A DNA stretch of 64,000 nt, from NCBI RefSeq assembly GCF_001829675.1, contig NZ_MIBZ01000065.1; one strand, 5' to 3'. Within the stretch, counting starts at the first letter, position 1; the number at the start of each line of letters is the position of its first letter. The notes under the pieces are model-generated. The model searched no databases. It was not told the origin of the DNA and saw only the letters and a list, made by a program, of their open reading frames with translations. This DNA comes from Sulfurimonas sp. RIFCSPLOWO2_12_36_12. GTDB taxonomy: Bacteria; Campylobacterota; Campylobacteria; Campylobacterales; Sulfurimonadaceae. Below are positions 48,594 through 56,219 of the stretch, in pieces. Position numbers and translations under genes: made by a program.

Positions 48594-49671
48594 CTATAAA
48601 GCGCTATGGCTAAATGATGAGATGTTTGATGAGTGTCTGGAGGTAATTGACCAGAGACAGCTCCCGTTTGTTTATGACACAAGACATCTCACAAATACCG
48701 AGGAAGTTGTAAATGCAATAAAAAATATGACTGTTCGCGGTGCCGGAGTTATCGGAAGCGTTGCGGCATTTGGTATATATATAGCCGCAATCGAGGTTGA
48801 AGGTGACTATGAAGCGTTAAAAGCCAAAGCGGCTTTGATAAGAGAGTCGCGTCCGACTGCCGTGAACTTGATGTGGGCGGTTGACAGGATGATGGAGCTT
48901 TTAAAAAACTCTGACGATTTAGTAAATGATGCAAGAGAAGAGGCTATAAAACTAAATGATGAAGAAGCACTGGAGAGCCAGAAGATTGCAGAGTATGGCT
49001 GTGATATCATAGAAGATATATTGAAAAAAAGCGGCAAAACAGAGATAAATATTTTAACTCACTGCAACGCTGGCTGGCTGGCGGTGATAGATGAGGGAAC
49101 AGCATTGGCACCCATCTATGAGGCAAAAAGAAGAGGAATAGATGTACATGTTTGGGTTGATGAGACAAGACCGAGAAATCAAGGCGCATCACTTACCGCA
49201 TGGGAACTCTCTCAAAGCGGCATAAAGCATACAATCATAGCCGACAATACAGGCGGACATCTTATGCAGCACGGCATGGTAGATATGGTGATTGTCGGAG
49301 CGGACAGGGTAGGTGCGAACGGCGACGCGGCAAACAAGATAGGAACTTACCTAAAAGCGCTGGCAGCGTATGATAACGGTGTTCCTTTTTATGTGGCAAT
49401 CCCCGCTTCAACATTTGACTTTGAGATAAGAGACGGAGTAAAAGAGATTCCGATAGAGGAGCGAAGCCCTGATGAGGTTAAGTTTATAAAAGGAGTGGAC
49501 AGCGAGGGTGTGGTTCGTGAGGTGCGCATTACTCCCGAAGGTTCGCCTGCCATCAACTACGGGTTTGATGTAACTCCCGCAAGGTTAATAACAGGACTTA
49601 TTACAAACAGAGGCGTTTGCGAAGCAGATTTCGATAAAATTGCAGAAAAATTTAAAAAGAGCAGCCAATGA
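48583..49671 (+). CDS. mtnA: S-methyl-5-thioribose-1-phosphate isomerase
   Basis: 362 aa with 'MTVRGAGVIG', 'THCNAG' and 'VGADRVGANGDAANKIGTY' (eIF-2B family). Confidence 0.92.
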   Translation: MQGNYKALWLNDEMFDECLEVIDQRQLPFVYDTRHLTNTEEVVNAIKNMTVRGAGVIGSVAAFGIYIAAIEVEGDYEALKAKAALIRESRPTAVNLMWAVDRMMELLKNSDDLVNDAREEAIKLNDEEALESQKIAEYGCDIIEDILKKSGKTEINILTHCNAGWLAVIDEGTALAPIYEAKRRGIDVHVWVDETRPRNQGASLTAWELSQSGIKHTIIADNTGGHLMQHGMVDMVIVGADRVGANGDAANKIGTYLKALAAYDNGVPFYVAIPASTFDFEIRDGVKEIPIEERSPDEVKFIKGVDSEGVVREVRITPEGSPAINYGFDVTPARLITGLITNRGVCEADFDKIAEKFKKSSQ

Positions 49672-51629
49672 AGAGTTTATACGACGATAAAGAAGCAAAG
49701 AATTACAAAACAGATTTAGATTTGAGGGTTTATACTTCAAGATTGCTGGGACGGGATGCCTCTTTGGTTCTTCACGGCGGCGGAAATACATCCGTAAAAT
49801 CGACTGCTACTAATCTTTTTGGAGAGGTTGAAGAGATACTTTATGTCAAAGGGAGCGGCTGGGATTTGGCTACAATCGAGGCGGAGGGATTTGCTCCCGT
49901 AAAGATGGATATGCTTTTAAAGATGGCGGAGTTAAAAGTACTGAGCGACACCGACATGGTAAAGTACCAAAGATTGGCGATGATAAATCCATCCGCTCCA
50001 AACCCGTCAGTTGAAGCTATTTTACACGCGATTATTCCTTTTAAATTTGTTGACCACACGCATACCGATGCTGTTGTAACCATTACGAACACTGATGGCG
50101 GCGAAGATAAAATAAAAGAGCTTTACGGCGATAAAGTGCTAGTTATTCCATACATTATGCCTGGATTTGTTCTTGCAAAACTTGTATATGATATGACAGT
50201 AGGCATTGATTGGAGCAAGTTGGAGGGGATGATTCTTATGAATCACGGTCTTTTCACATTCAGCGACGATGCAAAGAAATCTTACGAGAAGACGATAGAA
50301 CTTGTTGATAGGGCAGAGAAATACCTTGAAGCTAAGGGTGCGGTTTTAAATGTAGAAAAAGCTGAAGTAAATATAGAGCTATTAACTCTTGCAAAAATCC
50401 GTAAAGAGGTCTCAACGCTAAAAGGAAATGCGATAATCTCTATCTTAAACGACAGCGATTTGGCAGTGCACTTTTCAAAGCAAAATATTGAGAAGATAGC
50501 AGTTCAAGGACCTTTAACGCCCGACCATGTCATAAGAACAAAAAGAGTTCCGGCTATTTTGGGAGATGATTTTACCGCCGATTTGGCAAATTTTGTAAAA
50601 GAGTACAAAGAGTATTTCGAAGCAAATAAAAGAGACGAAACTCTTCTAAATCCTGCACCCAATTTTGCGATACTCAAAGGAGGCGGAACTCTCTCTTTTG
50701 GAGCAAATGCAAAAGAGGCAAATATCATCAAAGATATAAATGAGCATACTTACGAGGCTATTTTAAAAGCCCAGATGCTCGGCGGTTACAAAGCTCTTAG
50801 TGCTTCAAATATCTTTGAAGTTGAGTATTGGTCGCTTGAGCAAGCTAAACTAAAGGGCGGCGGCAAATTGCCTGAATTTAGCGGAAAAGTAGCAGTTGTA
50901 ACGGGAGCGGCAAGCGGAATAGGTTTGGCGATAGCAAAGATGTTAAACGCTAGAGGTGCGGCAGTAGTTGCACTTGACATCAACCCAGATGTAGAGATGA
51001 TGTTTAACAAGGCGGATTTTATAGGCGTTAAATGCGATTTGACATCTAGCGAAGATATTCAAAAAGCGGTAGCAAAAACGGTTAAATCTTTTGGGGGAAT
51101 AGACATAGTCGTAAGCAATGCCGGAATTTTTACTCCGAGTGAGAATCTTGAGAGTTTGAGCGATGAAAATTGGCAAAGAAGCATGAACATAAACCTTACT
51201 TCACACCAAAAACTTATCAAATACACGGCACCGTTTCTAAAACTTGGTGTCGATGCTACTATAATCATGGTTGCTTCAAAGAACTTTCCAGCTCCGGGAA
51301 AAGGTGCGGCAGCCTACTCTGTGGCAAAAGCAGGACAGACTCAACTGGGAAGAATTGCGGCGCTTGAACTGGGGGAGTTTGGAGTGCGAGTAAATACACT
51401 TCATCCGCATGCGGTCTTTGACACGGCAATATGGAGTGATGAAGTTTTGGCTAGTCGTGCGAAAGCCTACAATATGAGCGTGGAGGAGTACAAAACAAAT
51501 AATGTTCTTAAAACGGAGATAAAATCAAACGATGTTGCAGAGTTGGTATGTGCGATGGCAGGAGCGCCGTTTGCAAAAACAACCGGCTCTCAAGTCGCAA
51601 TAGACGGCGGAAGCGACAGAATAATCTAA
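49668..51629 (+). CDS. bifunctional class II aldolase/adducin-domain plus short-chain dehydrogenase protein (YuxG/RhaEW-like architecture)
   Basis: 653 aa. N-part has 'GGGNTS.K' and 'DHTHTDAVV'. C-part has 'VTGAASGIGLA', 'NAG' and 'YSVAKAG'. ATGA overlap with mtnA. Confidence 0.85.
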   Translation: MKSLYDDKEAKNYKTDLDLRVYTSRLLGRDASLVLHGGGNTSVKSTATNLFGEVEEILYVKGSGWDLATIEAEGFAPVKMDMLLKMAELKVLSDTDMVKYQRLAMINPSAPNPSVEAILHAIIPFKFVDHTHTDAVVTITNTDGGEDKIKELYGDKVLVIPYIMPGFVLAKLVYDMTVGIDWSKLEGMILMNHGLFTFSDDAKKSYEKTIELVDRAEKYLEAKGAVLNVEKAEVNIELLTLAKIRKEVSTLKGNAIISILNDSDLAVHFSKQNIEKIAVQGPLTPDHVIRTKRVPAILGDDFTADLANFVKEYKEYFEANKRDETLLNPAPNFAILKGGGTLSFGANAKEANIIKDINEHTYEAILKAQMLGGYKALSASNIFEVEYWSLEQAKLKGGGKLPEFSGKVAVVTGAASGIGLAIAKMLNARGAAVVALDINPDVEMMFNKADFIGVKCDLTSSEDIQKAVAKTVKSFGGIDIVVSNAGIFTPSENLESLSDENWQRSMNINLTSHQKLIKYTAPFLKLGVDATIIMVASKNFPAPGKGAAAYSVAKAGQTQLGRIAALELGEFGVRVNTLHPHAVFDTAIWSDEVLASRAKAYNMSVEEYKTNNVLKTEIKSNDVAELVCAMAGAPFAKTTGSQVAIDGGSDRII

Positions 51630-51630
51630 T

Positions 51631-52074
51631 TTATTTTAGATATAACATTCTTTTTATATTTTCAGGCATATTTTCAAGAGCAAACTCTTTTTGACTTTTG
51701 ATATAGCTTGGATATTTGAAATCTTTTGAAGTCATAAGCGCAAAAAGTCTCTCTAGATGTTCATTTTCTATCGTTTTGTATTTAACCCTCATCTCTTTGG
51801 CAATGCGAAGAAAAAATATAAGCAGTATGGATTGGGCTTTTTCATCAACGGCGTTGCCGTAAATAACGCTCTCAAACTCTTTTCTCATAGTTAAGATGTT
51901 GTATTCACACTTCTCATCAAGTTTGTCGGCATCTTCCGTGCCCAAATAGTCTAAAATATCTAAAATCAAATTCAAAAACATTAGGTTTGTTTTGTCGATA
52001 GTAATGTTGTTTTTGTCCAATTTTTCTCTGTATGCAAGTATGTCCGGTTGTATATTTTTAAAATAAGCCAACAT
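51631..52074 (-). CDS. hypothetical protein
   Basis: 147-aa ORF with no recognisable motif. Confidence 0.4.
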   Translation of the reverse strand: MLAYFKNIQPDILAYREKLDKNNITIDKTNLMFLNLILDILDYLGTEDADKLDEKCEYNILTMRKEFESVIYGNAVDEKAQSILLIFFLRIAKEMRVKYKTIENEHLERLFALMTSKDFKYPSYIKSQKEFALENMPENIKRMLYLK

Positions 52075-52108
52075 GTTAATCCTTTCAAAAATAAAAGTAT
52101 AACATAAC

Positions 52109-52408
52109 TTAGTTACCCGTAAACTCTGTACCTTTTTGAGTTAACACCAGCGTAACCCCGTCCTCTTTTACCTCAACCAAACCCTCTTTTCTAAGTTCAT
52201 TCATAGCTTTTTCCAAGGCATCGTTTTGCTTTGCGTCCAGTTTGGCGATGATATTTTCTACAACATCGCGCTTAGTCATAATCTGACCGACACTGTTGTT
52301 TTTTTTGAACCATTTCATAAACATCTCTTTAACCTCTTTTTTAGGAGCCGTATCCAAAACTTTGTTTTTAGGAGCTGTTTTTATCTTATTTTTGCGAGCT
52401 GATTTCAT
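52109..52408 (-). CDS. hypothetical protein with Lys-rich N-terminus
   Basis: 99-aa ORF. The C-terminal 'LRKEGLVEVKEDGVTLVLT.KG' is winged-helix-like. Confidence 0.4.
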   Translation of the reverse strand: MKSARKNKIKTAPKNKVLDTAPKKEVKEMFMKWFKKNNSVGQIMTKRDVVENIIAKLDAKQNDALEKAMNELRKEGLVEVKEDGVTLVLTQKGTEFTGN

Positions 52409-52522
52409 AATAGACCTTCAATTTTTTATCTTGACATTGTCACATAATTTTACTAAAAAAATAGAATTAAGAGACCTATTGTTGTATACTCTCGGTTATA
52501 AAAAAGAACCCAGAGGAGGAGA

Positions 52523-53056
52523 ATGATGGCTGCTAATGCGACTATTTACAAAGCTTCGCTAAACATCGCAGATATGGACCGTAACTATTATGCGGAGCAT
52601 AACTTTACTCTTGCCAAACACCCTTCCGAGACAGATTTGCGCCTAATGGTAAAGCTAGTTGCATTTATGTTAAACGCCGATGAGAAACTGCTATTTACTA
52701 AAGGAATTACGCAAGACGATGAGCCGGATTTATGGCAAAAAGCTCTAAATGGAGACATAAAACTCTGGATAGATTTGGGTCAGCCGGATGAAAAGCGGAT
52801 TAGAAAAGCGTGCGGACGCTCCCAAAAAGTTATTATCTATATGTACCAAGAGGGGAGCGCTTTGGCGTGGTGGAAGCAGATGCAAAACTCGCTTGGGCGT
52901 TTTAAAAATCTCTCTGTAATTTATCTGAATATTGATGGAGATATAGAGCTTTTGGCGAAGAGAGCAATGACACTGCAGTGCAATATCAGCGACTTTGAAC
53001 TTACTATAATCGACAATGACAACAGCGTGAGTGTAAAAGAAGAGAGATGGAAATAG
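52523..53056 (+). CDS. YaeQ-family protein
   Basis: 177 aa with 'ATIYKA.L.I.DMDR.YY......LA.HPSET..R.M' typical of YaeQ. Confidence 0.85.
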   Translation: MMAANATIYKASLNIADMDRNYYAEHNFTLAKHPSETDLRLMVKLVAFMLNADEKLLFTKGITQDDEPDLWQKALNGDIKLWIDLGQPDEKRIRKACGRSQKVIIYMYQEGSALAWWKQMQNSLGRFKNLSVIYLNIDGDIELLAKRAMTLQCNISDFELTIIDNDNSVSVKEERWK

Positions 53057-53072
53057 AAATGGAGACGGTTTA

Positions 53073-53561
53073 ATGGCACTATTTGGAGCATTGGAAGTTG
53101 TGAAAAATCAGGCAGACAGAGAGAAATTTGCAACGGCATTTCTTTATCTTGAAAAATTGATTGATAAAAACAGTGTTGAGCATAAGAGAGTTATGGGCAC
53201 TGCTTTGGATGTTTGCGTAAAAATAGAGTTGGATGAGAATAGCTTTGTGCTTGAACAGGTATATGATGCCAAAGATAGAAAAGAGTGTTTTTTTGAGTCT
53301 CACAGAAAATATATAGATGTGCAGTTCATACTTGGCGGCGAAGAGATTATAGAGGTGTCAAATACAAATCTTTTGGCGGTAGCTTTAGCTTACAATGAGG
53401 AGCTGGACTTTATAAAATATGAAGAGACAAAAGGAATTTCATCTATTGTTTTAAAAGCGGGCGATGTTGCTATTTTTTATCCGCAAGATGCACATATGCC
53501 GTGCATAAAAGCAGGTAGCGGCGCAAAAGTTGTAAAAGCTGTTGTTAAGGTACGCGTCTGA
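53073..53561 (+). CDS. YhcH/YjgK/YiaL (DUF386) family protein
   Basis: 162 aa with 'ESHRKYIDVQ....GEE' and 'F.PQD.HMP'. Confidence 0.8.
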   Translation: MALFGALEVVKNQADREKFATAFLYLEKLIDKNSVEHKRVMGTALDVCVKIELDENSFVLEQVYDAKDRKECFFESHRKYIDVQFILGGEEIIEVSNTNLLAVALAYNEELDFIKYEETKGISSIVLKAGDVAIFYPQDAHMPCIKAGSGAKVVKAVVKVRV

Positions 53562-53646
53562 GTCAAGCTATTTAAAATTTATGAAAGTAGCTTGTTTATA
53601 GAGTTTTATACAAACATTAATTACAATGATGAAATTAGGAGTTTTT

Positions 53647-53889
53647 ATGCACACGATACAATTAAATGTTGATGACTCGATTTTTGACAAATTTATGGGC
53701 TTGATTGAAATATTACCAAGAGATAAAGTTGAAATTACGAGCCAGATGGATTATCCGTCTATCTCTTTTGAAGAAGCAAAAGAAAAAGTTCATAGAGCTG
53801 TAAATAGTATCTCTGCTAACAAAGGCATACCTCTAAATCAAGCTATTGAAAAAGTTACTACATTGACAACGAAGATAGTAGAGATTTGA
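53647..53889 (+). CDS. small hypothetical protein, possibly an orphan antitoxin
   Basis: 80 aa from ATG 53647 (AGGAG plus 8 nt). 'IQLNVDDSIFDKFMGLIEILPRDKVEI' resembles small antitoxin-like proteins of epsilonproteobacteria. Confidence 0.4.
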   Translation: MHTIQLNVDDSIFDKFMGLIEILPRDKVEITSQMDYPSISFEEAKEKVHRAVNSISANKGIPLNQAIEKVTTLTTKIVEI

Positions 53890-53930
53890 TATATAAAAAA
53901 TATACCATCGTTTTTAAAATTATTGATTAG
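53886..53930 (+). pseudogene. possible 14-codon remnant of a RelE/ParE-type toxin gene
   Basis: TTG overlaps the upstream TGA (TTGA) and reads (M)IYKKYTIVFKIID-stop, resembling the 'YxIxF' N-terminus of RelE/ParE toxins. About 300 nt of non-coding DNA follows. Confidence 0.2.
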
Positions 53931-54218
53931 AATATACATATATTGACACTCTTTAGACAGAGAACTTTTTAAAATGGTTTTTCTGAAATAATCAAACCCA
54001 AACCATTTTTTACCAATACAACCATGATTATTACATTTCAAGTTGAAATTTATCAAAATAAGACAAGTTTTGAGACATGCTATTCTGACAGAAGTGCTTG
54101 AAACATAGGCAGACAGAGCGTTTGTGAGAATCTCCTTGCCGAATATGAGAATTGTGCAGTTTTGTTCTCTTTTACTTCATGTTTTATGATATTTACACTT
54201 TATTTATGATTTTTTATT

Positions 54219-54932
54219 TCAAGATTTTAATTTAACTCCATCGTGGACAAGTGCTTTTAGAAGAGAGCTTACAGCCTCATTCTTGATGGCATCAAAACTC
54301 AAATCTACCCTATCCCTCTCGCTTAGATAAACTGCTTCATCGTCTTTAGGCTCTTTTTTTGATTTGATAAAATTGATAACATCATTAATCGAAGTGATTT
54401 TGCTATCAACTTTAGAAAATGAGTCTATTACCTCATTGTAAGAGAGTACTTCATGTTCTAAAATAGCTCCAAAATCAAATAAATCTCTTGATTTATCCCT
54501 CATAATGAGAGCAACTAATTTCAACTTTGCAACAGATTTGACATCAAGTATTTTTAGTTTTGAATTTTCATAGTATGAAAATGAAGATTGTGAAAGTATC
54601 TCTTTTTGAATTGGTCTATTGGCTTGAAAAAACTCTAATTTGACATTGTCAAGCACAAACTTTATCATATACTCATCTGGGAACAATCCAGCTAATCTTA
54701 GAGCAGTTACATTTTCATCTTGAAGTTTTGTAGCTCCAGTAACACTCATGCTTGGGATAATATTTCTATGATTTAATGTTTTGGCAGATACTATATCTAC
54801 ATCCTCAGAAATTCGGTGGTTTAAATAAAAGGCAAGAGCCGTACCTCCAATGAAGTACAGCTCATCGTTAAAGATTTCATTATTGCAGATTTTATCTAGT
54901 GCATTTTTGACATTAATAGTCATTGATTGCAC
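54219..54932 (-). CDS. nucleotidyltransferase AbiEii/AbiGii-family toxin (DUF1814)
   Basis: 237 aa with 'FIGGTALAFYLNHRISEDVDI' (GG...S.D.D NTase motif) and a helical C-half. Confidence 0.78.
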   Translation of the reverse strand: MQSMTINVKNALDKICNNEIFNDELYFIGGTALAFYLNHRISEDVDIVSAKTLNHRNIIPSMSVTGATKLQDENVTALRLAGLFPDEYMIKFVLDNVKLEFFQANRPIQKEILSQSSFSYYENSKLKILDVKSVAKLKLVALIMRDKSRDLFDFGAILEHEVLSYNEVIDSFSKVDSKITSINDVINFIKSKKEPKDDEAVYLSERDRVDLSFDAIKNEAVSSLLKALVHDGVKLKS

Positions 54933-55362
54933 CTAAGAGTTTTTTATATACCCCATTCTCTTCATATTTGCCACTTAATGGTATATCTATCCCGCTTGTA
55001 GCGATATAACCTTTTGCGTACATTTTTTTATATTTATCTTTGAGCACACTTTTGACTAGATTTTTCCCAAACTCATCACATAAGGTTTTTATATCACTCT
55101 CATTCATGCTTGATAGATAATTCGAGATAATAGAGTAAACCTTCTGCTGGCTCTGCTCGTTTGTCTGCCAAAAAAGGTTATGAGAGTATTTTTTAGGGTT
55201 AAATACTACTATATCATCAATATCAACTGCGTTTATTTTCTCTTTTGCTTCATCATACTCTAGGGATTCAAGCAGATTATAAAGCCTGTGACGATTTTTT
55301 TTCCAATCTCTTAGAGTTCTATCCGGTACATCCAATAATTTACTAATTTGTTGTTGCGTCAT
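54913..55362 (-). CDS. HTH protein, putative AbiEi-like antitoxin/regulator
   Basis: 149 aa with N-terminal 'TQQQISKLLDVPDRTLRDWKKN'. Overlaps the AbiEii-like gene by 20 nt. Shorter than typical AbiEi. Confidence 0.5.
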   Translation of the reverse strand: MTQQQISKLLDVPDRTLRDWKKNRHRLYNLLESLEYDEAKEKINAVDIDDIVVFNPKKYSHNLFWQTNEQSQQKVYSIISNYLSSMNESDIKTLCDEFGKNLVKSVLKDKYKKMYAKGYIATSGIDIPLSGKYEENGVYKKLLGAINDY

Positions 55363-55391
55363 GTTAGTACCTTTCTAGTTTTTTATTATTA

Positions 55392-55408
55392 TAGGCGAAT
55401 ATCGCCTA
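55392..55408. promoter_or_regulatory. inverted repeat TAGGCG-N5-CGCCTA upstream of the AbiEi-like gene
   Basis: 'taggcgaatatcgccta', about 30 nt upstream of the ATG at 55362. GC-rich half-sites in an AT-rich leader. Confidence 0.4.
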
Positions 55409-55497
55409 ATAGTCAATATGTATTAAAATTCAATTACGAAATCTTATGCAGCAGTTTAACTAGGTGTTGCACTTACTATTTGAATTGCGCTATTTGA

Positions 55498-55514
55498 TGG
55501 TGCGGCTGGGGGGG
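55498..55514 (-). other. fragment resembling a tRNA 3' end (acceptor plus CCA)
   Basis: 'tggtgcggctggggggg' is the reverse complement of ...CCCCCCCAGCCGCACCA. No T-arm or body follows, and it matches none of the four intact tRNAs nearby. Confidence 0.3.
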
Positions 55515-55653
55515 AAAGAGTAAGTTTCTAAAACTATCTATTTGCAAAGTTTTACAAAAGATGCTGACGAATAGCTGACGAAAATGATTTTCTTGATTTC
55601 TTAAAAAGTGTGTTTTGATTCGTTATTTATGGGTGTTTAGAGATTTAAAGTAG

Positions 55654-55742
55654 TGGTGGACCCTCAGAGATTCGAACTCTGGGAGGTATAACCCTCGCCG
55701 GTTTTCAAGACCGGTGCTATCGACCAACTCAGCCAAAGATCC
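55654..55742 (-). tRNA. tRNA-Ser (anticodon UGA)
   Basis: Reverse complement GGATCTTTGGCTGAGTTGGT...CT-TGA-AA...long variable arm...GGTTCGAATC...AGGGTCC-A-CCA. The cloverleaf was folded by eye and CCA is encoded. Confidence 0.85.
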
Positions 55743-55770
55743 ACATTTGTAAAGAAGTTATTATAAAAAC

Positions 55771-55844
55771 TGGAGGTGCCACCCAGATTTGAACTGGGGA
55801 TAGCAGCTTTGCAGGCTGCGGCCTTACCACTTGGCGATGGCACC
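55771..55844 (-). tRNA. tRNA-Cys (anticodon GCA)
   Basis: Reverse complement GGTGCCATCGCCAAGTGGTAAGGC CGCAGCCT-GCA-AAGCTGC ... CCCAGTTCAAATCTGGG TGGCACC-T-CCA. Confidence 0.88.
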
Positions 55845-55868
55845 AGTTTCAACAATAATTTATAATAA

Positions 55869-55955
55869 TGGTGCCCGAAGCCGGACTTGAACCGGCACAC
55901 CCTTACGAGCGAGGGATTTTAAATCCCTTGTGTCTACCGATTTCACCACCCGGGC
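55869..55955 (-). tRNA. tRNA-Leu (anticodon UAA)
   Basis: Reverse complement GCCCGGGTGGTGAAATCGGTAGACAC AAGGGATT-TAA-AATCCCT, long variable arm, GCCGGTTCAAGTCCGGC TTCGGGC-A-CCA. Confidence 0.88.
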
Positions 55956-56002
55956 TTTGGGTTTTTTTTAAGATATCGGGTATCTTGTCTATTTTATATT
56001 TA

Positions 56003-56077
56003 TGGAGCGGGAAACGAGGTTCGAACTCGCGACCCCAACCTTGGCAAGGTTGTGCTCTACCACTGAGCTATTCCCGC
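56003..56077 (-). tRNA. tRNA-Gly (anticodon GCC)
   Basis: Reverse complement GCGGGAATAGCTCAGTGGTAGAGC ACAACCTT-GCC-AAGGTTG ... GCGAGTTCGAACCTCGT TTCCCGC-T-CCA. Confidence 0.9.
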
Positions 56078-56219
56078 AATTTGTACACTTAAATTTTAAG
56101 TGAGCGGAATTATAGCCACTTTATTTTTGTTTGTAAAGAGTTTTTATTATAAAATCTAAAAAAAATGTTATAATCGCATCAATAATACAAAGATAACAAC
56201 TATAAAGTTAAGGATTTCA

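Noticed and set aside
55664-56092. 78-aa and 74-aa ORFs in the tRNA cluster
   Set aside because: They are translations across the tRNA-Ser/Cys/Leu/Gly genes, and the tRNA cloverleaves explain the sequence.
53570-56100. Calling the tRNA-adjacent islet an intact mobile element or prophage
   Set aside because: No integrase, transposase, recombinase or phage structural gene is present, and I found no flanking direct repeat within the window. Only remnant-type evidence exists.
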